This document shows positions 11,304-21,910 of a DNA stretch of 64,000 nt, piece after piece. Position 1 is the stretch's first letter; the number at the start of each line of letters is the position of its first letter. Position numbers and translations under genes: made by a program. The notes under the pieces were generated by a model that worked only from the letters and a program-made list of their open reading frames with translations, did not search any database and was not told the origin of the DNA. Origin of the DNA: Saprolegnia diclina VS20 (Eukaryota). The stretch covers positions 3,735 to 67,734 of the forward strand of contig NW_008246079.1 of the NCBI RefSeq assembly GCF_000281045.1. The letters are read 5' to 3'.

Positions 11304-12472
11304 TTAGCTCTCGGCGAGCTCGTGGCCGCAGCGCCGGCAAAACTTGGCGTCGTCCTGGTGGAGGTTCATGAACGGCCGGCAGTTGGGCGTTTGACAGTGC
11401 AGGACACGGAAGCCCATGTCGGTGAGCGAGACGGTCGACGGCGTCGCGTTGAGCACGAGGGGGCACGCGATGAGGCCGTAGCCTAAGCTCGAAGGTGAAA
11501 CCAGAGATTCTCTGGCAGAGATTCGGAGAACCCGAAAACATGACGAGCGTCGCGAGCATCTTGCCGGGCACCGTCTGCGGCGTAATGTCGCCGTACCCGA
11601 CGGTCGTGAGCGTCACCACCGTCCAGTACATGCTCACGGGGATGTTCGAGTAGCCGTGGCGCTCGCCTACGCAGTATGAGGAGCCGTTCCCTTCTGCCAT
11701 GACAAGGACCTTCGATGAGATACATGGCGCATCCGATCACAAGGATCATTGTAAAGGTTGCGCAGAGGAAGACGGCGATGCGGCGCTTGTTGGTGTGGAT
11801 GTTGTCGGCCAAAGTCGCCGCCGCTTCGAGGAAGCGCGCGAGCTTGAGGATGCGAAAGACCCTACGAGAGCAATGCCACTGGAGGTGCGGAGGTGGAAGA
11901 GGGTACCGGAGGATGCGAAAGACGCGAAGCACGGCAAGGTGCACGAGCGGGCGCGCTGTCGGAACGAAGACGACCAAGTACGTCGGAAGGATCGAGACGA
12001 GGTCCACGACGCCGAGCGGGCTCTTGGCGTACTCGCGCGGCTGGCGCAAGCAGAGTACGCGCAGAACGTACTCGACCGAGAAGAGAAGCGTAAAGAGGAT
12101 CTCGAGGAAGAGCAGCGTGTTGTCGAACGACTCGCGGATCGAGCGGACGCTGTCGAGCACGGCGACCGTGACACTCACGATCGTTAGCACCATGATGGCG
12201 AGGTTGATGCGCTGGCCATGGCGCGTGCTCGTCAGGTAGAGCGTCTCGTACGTGAGCTGCCAGCCGGCGCGCCAGCGCACATCGTCCCGGCGGCCACTCA
12301 CCTTGGGCGACGAGCCAGGCGTGTCCGCGGTCGGAACCATGGGCGGCGGATCGAGCGGCGCGAGATGCTTGCGGCGCGTTGGGCTGAGCGGGTTGCTACC
12401 CTCGCGGATGCCAAGGATGACCTCCTCGGACGGGCTGTTGGCTTGCACCTCTTCGTACTCCTCGGCCATCAT
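11304..12472 (-). CDS. 6TM voltage-gated K+ channel (Ion_trans) with a C-terminal Cys/His Zn-ribbon-like tail
   Basis: S4 LRVFRILRVFRILKLAR after splicing; pore YWTVVTLTTVGYGDITP. Introns 11862-11906, 11667-11709 and 11483-11531 restore one frame ending …CQTPNC…HQDDAKFCRRCGHELAES*. Confidence 0.92.
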
Positions 12473-12994
12473 GCTCAACGCCAAATTCAACAGAGCTGCG
12501 AGACTGGGTCTCGAGCTTCGAACTTCGTGTCTTTATCATACAAGCGTAAATGATCCCTCCAGCTTCGAACTACGACGGCGCACGGGATTGGTTGATTGAC
12601 GGAACGAAATTGATTACGCAGGGTAAAAAGTATCTTGGAATGAGACAGGAATAAAATAAACAAGCACATTGTATACTATTTCAGTGAGCCGAATTGGTGT
12701 TATGAAGCGGCCGACAAAGCAAAGCTGGGGACTGTCGCCGACGAGGCGACTCTGTACATTTCTGTCGCCGGTTTGCTATCGAGCCATCTCACGCTTTGGG
12801 AAGAAGCAGCGTGTGGAACCATGGTGTGGATCGCGCCTGCTAGATTACTTTGCGTAAAAGACTGTGATCCCTTCCCTCCAACTACACTATATTCAATCTT
12901 CGAGCTTCGATAAATTCTCGTCTAAGTGCGATGGTCGATCTCACTTCGAACTTCGCTTTGTCGATTTGAAAATTCCAATTCGACGGCAGCGACG

Positions 12995-14345
12995 ATGCGC
13001 GCTCCGATGCAGCGGCTGAAGGACAAGGTAGACATAGCTCCATGCGGCGAGAGGTCGATGGTCTCATGATGGAGGCTGCTAGATGAGCATATGCGAGCGC
13101 ACGCTGATGAGCCACCACACGCCCGCGGCGACGGTCGTCAAGGCCCTCAGCAACGTCAGCGATACGGTGATGGAGCTGCACAGCCTCGGTCAGCTCGACA
13201 CCGACAAGTGCATCCACGAATTCAACCTCATCGCGGTACACCGCCATCCGTGGTGCGTCGGAAGAGGTCGCTCTCATGGTGCGCATTAGGACACGGTCTT
13301 TCTGCAGCTCGACAATACCAACCCACAAGTGCTCGCGTCGGTCTGCGACCTCCTCCGCGCCCTGTCCGTCTGCTGCGGCGAGATGTTGCGACCGACTGCC
13401 GATGCGCTCATCAGTGACATCTTCGTCCTCTGTGGCCACAGCGCGCGCAACGTGGCGTTCCACGCCAAGGAGTGCGTGACGCAGTGGACGCAGCATACGT
13501 CCTATGCGCTGCAGCCCGTCGTGACGATCCCAGACGCGCGCTTCAGGTCGCATCAAGGTACTTCCACGTAGCTGTTCATGGAGCTCATGGGCCGCGTAGA
13601 CAATGTATTGTACGCCTATCACTTTGCGCTGCAAGTGCCCACGATCTGCGACCAGTGGCAAACGGCCGAGATCGCCCCGTACCACGAGGAGATCTTCCAG
13701 GTCCTCTCCGCCTGCATCGAAGACGATAACACGACGATCCGCGTGGCTGGCTTCAAGGCGCTTAGCGCGCTCTTTGATTTCCAGCGCCACGAGATGAAGA
13801 TGAGCGCGACGCTCCTCGCCGAGAGCTACTTGGGTGCGATCTCAAAGCACATCATCCACGATATCCTGCGCGAGCTGCCGCAGTCGCTGCTTGCCCAGAC
13901 GCTCTCGGCGTACCACGCTCGGCAGTCGCATGCGGCGCCGACACCCAAGTTCCGGACGCAGGAGCTCATGTACCAGACGCCGCGCCGGCAGCAAGCGCCC
14001 AAGAGCTTCCAGAGTCGCATGATGCTCGCGAAAGGGTCGCCCGCCATCAAAGCGCCCTCGACGTACTTTGCCCAGCGCAGGCCGGTGCAAGAAGACGCCG
14101 GGCTCCGGTCGCGCCGGCCGCGCCAGCCACTCTTTGCCTCGACCGACAATACCGCCGTTGTTGCGACCAACCGCTGGGATCAGGTCGGGAAGCTCTGTCG
14201 CATGGGCGGTCGCGGCTGCCGCTGGCTCGTCGACCAAGTGCTGCCTCGCCGCGTCCAGCGCTGGCTCACCTTCTGGATCACTGTCGTCTCGGTCGTCTTT
14301 ACGCTCGTCTCGGTCCTCTACTGGGTTCTCCTGGCGCCAGCCTAG
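12995..14345 (+). CDS. HEAT/ARM (CLASP_N/TOG-like) domain protein with a C-terminal transmembrane tail (multi-exon)
   Basis: Intron 13028-13082 joins MQRLKDK to MSICERT in phase 0. Helical HEAT-like segments (…IEDDNTTIRVAGFKALSALF) and a terminal hydrophobic helix WLTFWITVVSVVFTLVSVLYWVLL. Confidence 0.5.
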
Positions 14346-14770
14346 ATGTAGCCACATAGTACAGACGCCGTCGTGGCGTATAACTTAGTCGATCGTGTTA
14401 TAAACGCGCGCAGAGTCAGGAGAAGGGGCTGGTGCTTCAAGCCGCGTTGGGTTGCACTCGTGAGTGACCTCAGTTGCGCATCTGCCATTCCGCCGTTGAA
14501 GCTGCGTCGTGCGCCCACCTTCTGGCCGCATCGCATGCACGGAGCAAAGGTGATCGCGAATCTAGAATCGTGAAGCCTTCTCTCCATCGCACCGTCCTGC
14601 AGGGCGTGGGTCAGGTAGGATAAGTTCTTATTGCTGCTGAGAATACTGGTGCTGCTTCAATTCCCGTGGTCCTTGTTCTTTGTCGTCGGGAGGGTGGAAT
14701 GCGCGTCAATATTTTCGGCACCACGTCCATGTGCATACAGCTGCTGCAGTGCGGCCAGCCTGCCGCTGCT

Positions 14771-14786
14771 GCTCATTCTCCGATTT
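14771..14786 (+). promoter_or_regulatory. Oomycete core promoter Inr+FPR motif
   Basis: GCTCATTCTCCGATTT starts 31 nt upstream of the ATG at 14802 and matches the oomycete GCTCATTYBNNNWTTY-type initiator. Confidence 0.7.
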
Positions 14787-14801
14787 GCCAGACACTACAC
14801 C

Positions 14802-15425
14802 ATGCAACTCATCTCGCTAGCCCTCCTCGCTGCCGTCGTCGCTGGCGACTCGCCCACCGCCGCGCCCACGACGCCGGCGCCGACGACGACGTCGTTCTGC
14901 TCGCCCAACATGGCCATTTGCTACACGAACGCCGGCGTGCCCTCGACGTGCTACAACCCCGCGCACTCTGGCTGCTGCAACGGCAGCCCGTACCTCCTCT
15001 GGGACTGGCAGTCCATGCCGCAGTACTGCTGCAAGGACAGCACCGGCCACTACAGCGTCGTCGCCGCCTACGGGTGCCCGACGCTCACGCCCAACGCCAC
15101 AACGTCCGCGCCCTCCAACGTCACGACGGCGCCGGGCACCAACACGACGACGACGCCCGTCATTACGCTGCCGCCTGTGACCGGTTGCACGCCCGTGAGC
15201 GTTCGTGGCGACGCCACGTATTGCATTGAAGGGCCCATCTGCAGCGGCGACGGACTCTTGCCGGCGGGCATCAAGTGCCCAGTTGCCGGCGCCGTTGCCT
15301 CGGCTGACTGCCACTCGCACCTGCCGAGCTACGTGAGCGGCACCGACTGCGCGCTCGCGGTCAACACGACGTGCGCCAAGATCCCGACGGGCGCGTGGGG
15401 CTGCGTCCTCCCGTCGTCCTTGTAA
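14802..15425 (+). CDS. Secreted Cys-rich/mucin-like protein with an oomycete putative carbohydrate-binding C-terminal domain
   Basis: Signal peptide MQLISLALLAAVVAG, Thr/Pro-rich linkers, and the C-terminal VSVRGDATYCIEGPICSG…CP…DC…SY…C…TGAWGCV domain typical of oomycete secreted proteins. Confidence 0.8.
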   Translation: MQLISLALLAAVVAGDSPTAAPTTPAPTTTSFCSPNMAICYTNAGVPSTCYNPAHSGCCNGSPYLLWDWQSMPQYCCKDSTGHYSVVAAYGCPTLTPNATTSAPSNVTTAPGTNTTTTPVITLPPVTGCTPVSVRGDATYCIEGPICSGDGLLPAGIKCPVAGAVASADCHSHLPSYVSGTDCALAVNTTCAKIPTGAWGCVLPSSL

Positions 15426-15485
15426 ACGCGTAACATATCCTCTCGTGTATCTAGTCGACGCACCATTAAGTTAAAAGATGGAGGG

Positions 15486-16043
15486 CTACGCGTGGCCATT
15501 GTAGAAGTACGAGATAACGCTACGCGTCAACTGCATAGCGGTCTGTAGTGTGCTGCGCCACAGCGGCGCGTCGCGGTGCACGATGCGGTGGGAGGTAGGG
15601 CGGAGGTGTTTGGTGGACTGCGCCATCGCGTTCGTCTCTTGTCGCCACTCATGGCGCTTGCGGTGCGCGACGAGGCAGGCGACGCCGAGGATAACGCCGC
15701 ATGCGAGGCTCGGGCCCATGAGGAGGAAGGCTAAGGCCGGCGGGCCGTCCAAGACAAGCACGACGAGGCCCAAGCACCATCCAAAAAAGCCCCCAATGAT
15801 ACCACCCAGCAGCAGCAGCAGGATCTCGTGGTAGGTCGATCGCTCATGAGCCGCGATCTTGGCCTTGGCTCGCCGAGCGACCGCTGTGACCTGGATCCGC
15901 TTGGTCTCGGAGAGCTCGAGACGCCGCTCCATTGTGCGCACGCGCGCCTTGTAGGCCTCGACCTCCGACCGCAGCTCGTGCACGATGAGCTTGGCCACGT
16001 CGCGCTGCGCCATGAGCTCCTCTTCCATGAGCGTGGTGTCCAT
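15486..16043 (-). CDS. Hypothetical coiled-coil plus two-TM membrane protein
   Basis: ORF from MDTTLMEEE with a charged heptad region followed by two hydrophobic helices. Confidence 0.65.
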   Translation of the reverse strand: MDTTLMEEELMAQRDVAKLIVHELRSEVEAYKARVRTMERRLELSETKRIQVTAVARRAKAKIAAHERSTYHEILLLLLGGIIGGFFGWCLGLVVLVLDGPPALAFLLMGPSLACGVILGVACLVAHRKRHEWRQETNAMAQSTKHLRPTSHRIVHRDAPLWRSTLQTAMQLTRSVISYFYNGHA

Positions 16044-16373
16044 GGCCAGTTGGTGAATCTCAAGCTTGTTCGGATTTTCCGAAAAGGTCAGATCTTGGCC
16101 GAGATTGGAAGCGCACCAATCAACGGCCAGTATTAGCATCGAAGACGTCGAAACTTCGATCGAAGCTGGCTCAGTGGATACAAAAAGAGTGTGTTTACAA
16201 GACAGCCATCATCTGACCTGCGACTGCGGGCACCAACTTCAACGTGCCGATGGTTGCCTAAGGCAAAATCATGTATCGCTAGTGCTCGCCTAGCGATCTA
16301 TGGGACCAAATATAACTATACCGTTGGGAAATAATGACTAAGGATTTGAAACGCCGACGCACCTTTTCGCGCG

Positions 16374-19300
16374 ATGCTTATCGGGCTCGCCTTCCTTGCC
16401 GCCTTCCTTGGCGCGAGCGTCTGGTACATTGCGATCGTGGCGCCAACGCTCGCCAACGACCACTTTTGGTCGGGCTTTGAGGCGTCCGCAGCACAGGCGT
16501 ACTTGCTCGACGTCTACCGCATGCAGCTCACGACGACGGCGTCTGCGACCCTCGACCTCGGCTCGCCGTCTCAAGCCATTTTAAAGCCCTACAGCCTGTC
16601 TACCACATCGGGGCATGTCAACCCCGCGTACCCGCGTGCCTTGGCCCTGGCCCGCTACAGCTCGCTCGAGGACGCTGTCGAGCATCTGCGCACCCTCGGC
16701 GTCTACCTCTCGACGATGTTTTGCTGGGCCGACTTTGGCCGGCGCTGGGAGGTTGGGCACACGGCCGCTCGCCAAGCGCGTTGTGACGCGACGAACGGCG
16801 CCGTGTACTTGGAGGCGTACCTCCGCAACGTCGACGCGTGGGCAGCCATCGACGTGAGCATTGTCTTTGTGAACGCGATCGTACAGCAGCCGCAAGGCGC
16901 TGCGTGGTGGACAAGCGTCCTAGCGCCGCAGGTGTCGGTCGCAGACGAGGCAGCTTACTGGCACAGCTGTCAAGTAACCAGTTTTCAAGCGCAGTGGTCC
17001 AACGACTACCAACTCGGGCTCGTAGAGACCATTGCCGTGCGCAACATGCTCGGGTGGCACCAGGCGCTGACTGTGTCGGCGATCGCGTTCGCAGACCGGG
17101 GGGCGCTCGGCACGTCGCTCTTCCTCAACCCTTCCTTCTCATACAACCTCTGGATTGCGCAGGCCAACTACGGCGCCGGTCTGAACACCAGCATCGTTCG
17201 CAACCTCCCCGACTACATGGGCGACGGTGAGCTGGAGCAGTACACGGGTGTCTACCTCGCGACGCCTGCGAGCGTCATCGTCCACGAGTGTCTGGGTCCG
17301 CTCACGGCCGTCGACTTGTATCTTGTCGCTCCACCCTACGCTCTCGTGACTGCCCTCCGAGCGGTCGAATCTGCCATCGCCGTCGCACTGCAAGCCGACG
17401 ACGATCTTCTTACAGCGTATGCACTGCTGCCGTCGCCGACACTCGACCCGGTCCCTCGCGCCTGGTCGTCTGGTGACTTTGTGTTTTACGGCGGCAGTCC
17501 ACTGTGCTTGTACCACCCTGGCACCACCAGTGTGCTGCAGTCGTTTGCCTTCGACGACACGTGCAACGCACTCGTGCCGAGTCACTTGAATGTTCACCCG
17601 ATGGCCGCGATGGTGGCGTCCTTGGCCGTCGACGCAGCGGACGACCCGTGTGCCCTGTGCAGTGCTAGTACGCGAGCCGCTTGCAGCTCTCTTCGTGCAG
17701 CAACAACGATGATCCTGCGCAACACTTCTCTGCGCGACGAGAGGGCGACGCTTCTGTCGACGGCGCACGCCGTTCTCGACGACATTGAGGTCGTGCAGCT
17801 GGCGATGACAAGGTCGCAAGCGCCAATTCTGCTGCGCCACGCACTTCTCGGCGCTGGTGACTGGGAATACTTTGGCTGGATCGCGCTCATGGACTGGGTG
17901 TACGGCGACCGCGAGGTCGTCTCGTTTCAAGGCGACGTCGCAACAGTCCACATCATGTCGGAGCCGCTGCCGCCCATCGTCGTCACCCCGAATGCGCTCG
18001 AAGTTCCTAAGAGCACGAGCCTCTGTCTCTACTCCAACCTCGTAACCTCCACAAGCATTTTGGTCGTTGTCGCCGTCATTGCAGCCGCCGGCGCCGATCG
18101 ACAGAGCGGCAACCACCTGCTCTGTTTCTTTCGCGTTGCCGGACCCGTCTGGGTCGGCCGACCGCTGCTGCTCTTGCGTGCTCTGCCCGCCATGGCCGCG
18201 CTGTGCACTGCACCGCTCACGTTTCACGGTGACGCTCGCTTGGGTCGGTTCGACCAAACGCCTCGGCCACTCCTGCACACGTGCGTCCTTGCGCTTGAAG
18301 CGACGTGGATCACGACGGTCGTCAACGATATCTTGCTCGTTGTGACCACCCGCCGCGCCCGACGCGCCGCCGTCGTGAGTGGCGCGCTTACTTGGCTAGG
18401 ACTTGTGATGTTTGATGTTGCGGCGCCGCTGGAAGCGCACGCGACAGTGGAGCGGACCTGCAGAAGCCAAGACGGTGTACTGCACTGCGCCAGCGGAATT
18501 GTCGCGATTGGCTCGCTGGACCGCGCGTTTTGCATGCTAGCTCTCATGGCGCTGGCGTTGTTTTGCGGCTACGTCTGCATACCCCCCGAGCGCGCACTTC
18601 GCGAGACGCCCAAAGACGCACATTTCGTGCCGGCGAGCGTCATCGCTTACGTGGCACCCTCGTGCGAAAGCTGGCCCATCGACCACGCGACCGCGGTCAT
18701 GAGCGGCTTCTTCCGGTGTCGCGTTGGGTCTAGGGTCTACATGCTCGACCTGAAGCTCTGGCGAGTCTTTACGACGGACGTTGGCCCCCGGGTCGACCCT
18801 ATTTTGGCCATCGACACCCACCTCGTCGCTGTCGGTCACACATCGTGGCGTGCGCGCGGCAAGGTCATTGCGGGCCTAGCTTACGTGACGTTTTCTGCTG
18901 TGGGTAGCATCTCGTACCTCCAGCTCTCGACCGTCAACTTGGGCAACGACATGTACTGGGCGACGTTCAACACGTCTGGCATGCACACGTTTGTCGCCAA
19001 CTGGTTTCACCGCGAGTTCATGACGGAGCACAGCAGTGTCCGCCTCGACGCGCCTGAGTTTGCCGACGTCTTGATCGACTACGGGTCACCCGAAGCGCTC
19101 ATTCAGTACTCGCCCTTGCGAGCGCGGGCCATCCAGTCCGAGAGCGGGTCGGAATTGTTGATGATGCTGCATGGTTTGCGTGAGATGGACGGATGCAATG
19201 TGCCTTGGATCGCAACCATGTACTGCTGGGTGGACTTTGATCAAACACTCGAGATGGCGTCGTCGTCCCGTCGACAGGCGCGCTGCCGTGATCAGTATGC

Positions 19301-21473
19301 GTCCAACGGCGCCGTCTTCTTGGAGGCGGTTTTGCGCAACATCGGTCGAGCCGCGTTTTTAGCTTGCTGGGGCGACTCGTTTGAACGTGGAATTGCCTCG
19401 GCTGTCCGCGTCTTGCGCCCGTCGTGGCTTGCGTCGCTGCCATCGACACCAATCCCAGTGACGCAAGAAATCTTACTTTGGCGCTCGCATAGCATTGCGT
19501 CCTTCACCACGCAGTGGCAAAACTACAAGTCGATCGGACTCAACGCGGGTTTCTCGGTCACCAACACCCTCGGTTTCTCGTACGACTTTAGCATCGAAGC
19601 CCACAACGGCGCGTTCACAATCGAGTCGTCGACGTCGCGGAGCTTTTACTGGACGTTTGCCAGCGACCTCTGGGCTATCGCCAACAACGGATCTCAGATC
19701 GTCGGTCTCTCGCTCGTGCGACAGAGTCCCCAGTTTGCCTTTTTGAATCACTCGGCCCAAGACATGTACATGCAGAACGGCACCGTGCCGTCGCCGCTCA
19801 GCATTGGCGCGTCGATCGTCGCATTGAGCATCGGACCGTTTGGCGCCGTCGACGTCCGCCACGTGGCAGCGCCAGCCGCGCTGCGTCAGTTCGTGCAGAG
19901 CATCACGCGTGCGACCGCCGAGGCGTTGGCCACGCGCAGTGACGCGCGCGAGGCGTACGCGTCCTTGGAGCTCCTGGCTCAGCTGACGCCGATACCACTC
20001 GCGATCAACAAGACGCTGTACATGGGCGCGGGCGCCAGTGTCCTTTGCCATAGAGCTTTCGGCGTGTTCAACTATACGGTATCGATGGCGCAGTTTCTCG
20101 GGTCCGATGCGCTCTGCAGCCGCATGCAAGGCGAGTGGCTCTACCCAACAAAGAACCAAGCGCTCGTGGCCTCCATCGCGTCAGGTATCGCGCTCACCTC
20201 CGAGGCAACGATGCGACAGGCTTGCAGCACCGAAGCACTCAATCCCAAGGGCTGCGGCAATTTTGTCACCAACGTTGCGGCGCTGGCGTCAACGCTCTTC
20301 TCTGCCGAGTCTTTGGCCGCCAACCGTCGCGAGGCCATTGCGCTGGAAGCCAACGATGCGCGCGTGGGGTTTACGCAGTTTTTGTATCGCACCGAGACCG
20401 CGTCGTACGAGCTGTTCTTCCAGAAGCTCTTTGAGGAGCCTGGCATGCATTTTGCCAGCTGGACCATGGTCTACGACTGGGCGGTCGACGCGCGGGAGGT
20501 ACTCGCTTTTGACGGCGATATCGCGTCCTTTGCCGTCCTCTCGACGACGTCTCGCGCCGTGTCGATGGCCGCCAACACGATCGAGATGCCGGTCAACGTT
20601 GTCGTCTTCTTGCGAACGCTGTGCCAGTACGTCTCGGGCGTCCTCGCAGTCATCGCGCTCGTTGCCATTGGGTACACTCTCCTGAATGCGTTTACGACCG
20701 AGGGTCGAAACCTCTTTCTTCTCAACCGAGTCGCCGGCGCCGTCTGGGTCGGCCGACCGCTGCTGTGCGTGCGCAGCTTGACGGCGCTTTGTATATTGAG
20801 CACGGCAACGCTGCAATTGCAGCGCACCGACTTTGTCACCACTGTGACGACGTCGCGTCAAGACGTGAGCCGGACGCTTTTGACATTCTCGAGGGTCCTC
20901 GCGGCGAGCGAGCTCGGCTGGCTTGTCTACACGCTCGAAGACGCTTTCATGATCTACACGAGGGAGTACGCGTCACGGTACACGACCAAAACGGCGCTGC
21001 TGACGTGGCTTGTGGCCACGATCCTGAGCTTCGCGAGCCCCGTCGAGCACAGCGTGCGTCTCCAGCCACTTTGCACGGTCGTCGAAATGGACTTGTCGCT
21101 CGCGTGTCAGACCGGCGACGTTGCGATCGGGTCGCAGACGCGGCTCCTCGTGCTTGTGGCGATCGCGGTAGCAATCTCGAGCACTTTTTACGCCACCGCC
21201 CGCCTCGTTGGTGCCCGCGCTCGGGTCGTCGACGCCTTCGAGTCGCACTTGACCTCGTGTGGCGCCAAGTACCTTTTCGAGTCGACCGACTGGGTCCACG
21301 ACCATGTCCAGCACATCGACTACGCCTCGGCCGCGCTCACGGGGCTCCTCGCGTGGCCGCTGAGCGAGTCGTCGGTCGCTGTTTTTGACATCAAGACATG
21401 GCGGACGCTTACGATCGAGCGGACGCGCCTGGCGTCCCACGCGCTCTCCCGCGCGATTCCGCTACGTCAATGA
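16374..21473 (+). CDS. Giant intronless multipass membrane protein with two internal repeats, paralog A
   Basis: 1699-aa ORF. Each half carries ND..W..F, CW.DF…E…..RQARC, NGAV.LEA.LRN, REV..F.GD, RVAG.VWVGRPLL and D.K.WR. Confidence 0.9.
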   Translation: MLIGLAFLAAFLGASVWYIAIVAPTLANDHFWSGFEASAAQAYLLDVYRMQLTTTASATLDLGSPSQAILKPYSLSTTSGHVNPAYPRALALARYSSLEDAVEHLRTLGVYLSTMFCWADFGRRWEVGHTAARQARCDATNGAVYLEAYLRNVDAWAAIDVSIVFVNAIVQQPQGAAWWTSVLAPQVSVADEAAYWHSCQVTSFQAQWSNDYQLGLVETIAVRNMLGWHQALTVSAIAFADRGALGTSLFLNPSFSYNLWIAQANYGAGLNTSIVRNLPDYMGDGELEQYTGVYLATPASVIVHECLGPLTAVDLYLVAPPYALVTALRAVESAIAVALQADDDLLTAYALLPSPTLDPVPRAWSSGDFVFYGGSPLCLYHPGTTSVLQSFAFDDTCNALVPSHLNVHPMAAMVASLAVDAADDPCALCSASTRAACSSLRAATTMILRNTSLRDERATLLSTAHAVLDDIEVVQLAMTRSQAPILLRHALLGAGDWEYFGWIALMDWVYGDREVVSFQGDVATVHIMSEPLPPIVVTPNALEVPKSTSLCLYSNLVTSTSILVVVAVIAAAGADRQSGNHLLCFFRVAGPVWVGRPLLLLRALPAMAALCTAPLTFHGDARLGRFDQTPRPLLHTCVLALEATWITTVVNDILLVVTTRRARRAAVVSGALTWLGLVMFDVAAPLEAHATVERTCRSQDGVLHCASGIVAIGSLDRAFCMLALMALALFCGYVCIPPERALRETPKDAHFVPASVIAYVAPSCESWPIDHATAVMSGFFRCRVGSRVYMLDLKLWRVFTTDVGPRVDPILAIDTHLVAVGHTSWRARGKVIAGLAYVTFSAVGSISYLQLSTVNLGNDMYWATFNTSGMHTFVANWFHREFMTEHSSVRLDAPEFADVLIDYGSPEALIQYSPLRARAIQSESGSELLMMLHGLREMDGCNVPWIATMYCWVDFDQTLEMASSSRRQARCRDQYASNGAVFLEAVLRNIGRAAFLACWGDSFERGIASAVRVLRPSWLASLPSTPIPVTQEILLWRSHSIASFTTQWQNYKSIGLNAGFSVTNTLGFSYDFSIEAHNGAFTIESSTSRSFYWTFASDLWAIANNGSQIVGLSLVRQSPQFAFLNHSAQDMYMQNGTVPSPLSIGASIVALSIGPFGAVDVRHVAAPAALRQFVQSITRATAEALATRSDAREAYASLELLAQLTPIPLAINKTLYMGAGASVLCHRAFGVFNYTVSMAQFLGSDALCSRMQGEWLYPTKNQALVASIASGIALTSEATMRQACSTEALNPKGCGNFVTNVAALASTLFSAESLAANRREAIALEANDARVGFTQFLYRTETASYELFFQKLFEEPGMHFASWTMVYDWAVDAREVLAFDGDIASFAVLSTTSRAVSMAANTIEMPVNVVVFLRTLCQYVSGVLAVIALVAIGYTLLNAFTTEGRNLFLLNRVAGAVWVGRPLLCVRSLTALCILSTATLQLQRTDFVTTVTTSRQDVSRTLLTFSRVLAASELGWLVYTLEDAFMIYTREYASRYTTKTALLTWLVATILSFASPVEHSVRLQPLCTVVEMDLSLACQTGDVAIGSQTRLLVLVAIAVAISSTFYATARLVGARARVVDAFESHLTSCGAKYLFESTDWVHDHVQHIDYASAALTGLLAWPLSESSVAVFDIKTWRTLTIERTRLASHALSRAIPLRQ

Positions 21474-21910
21474 TTGGCGTCAAAAAGGTCAGATAAATGC
21501 TGAATTTAAGAGCCAGCCAATCAAATGCGCTTTTTATCGTCGAAGATTCACAAACTTCGATCGAAGCAAACATTTACCCTACAAAACCATTGTTTAAAAT
21601 ACAGCCATTATCTGACCACAAAGGTCGCCACTTCAACACGCCCGTGGGCACTTGCCGCGCTGGATGATCATTGTCGGCGGCAGCGTCTGGGGTGCCTGCA
21701 ACGACACGCTGACTGGTTTGCATGCGATGTATGGCTCTCAACGGGCCGCCGGTGGAAAGAAGTTAACCTCGGGTTGCTCTGGCGCTGGACAGCGTCTCAT
21801 GGGACCACAGCACGAAAGCTCGGCTTACGAGCGCTATGCCTCGTGTGTTTATATATATAGAAGCCGCTGGCCTGCCCGGACAGTTCACAATTGCGAGCTT
21901 CCGTTTCGCG

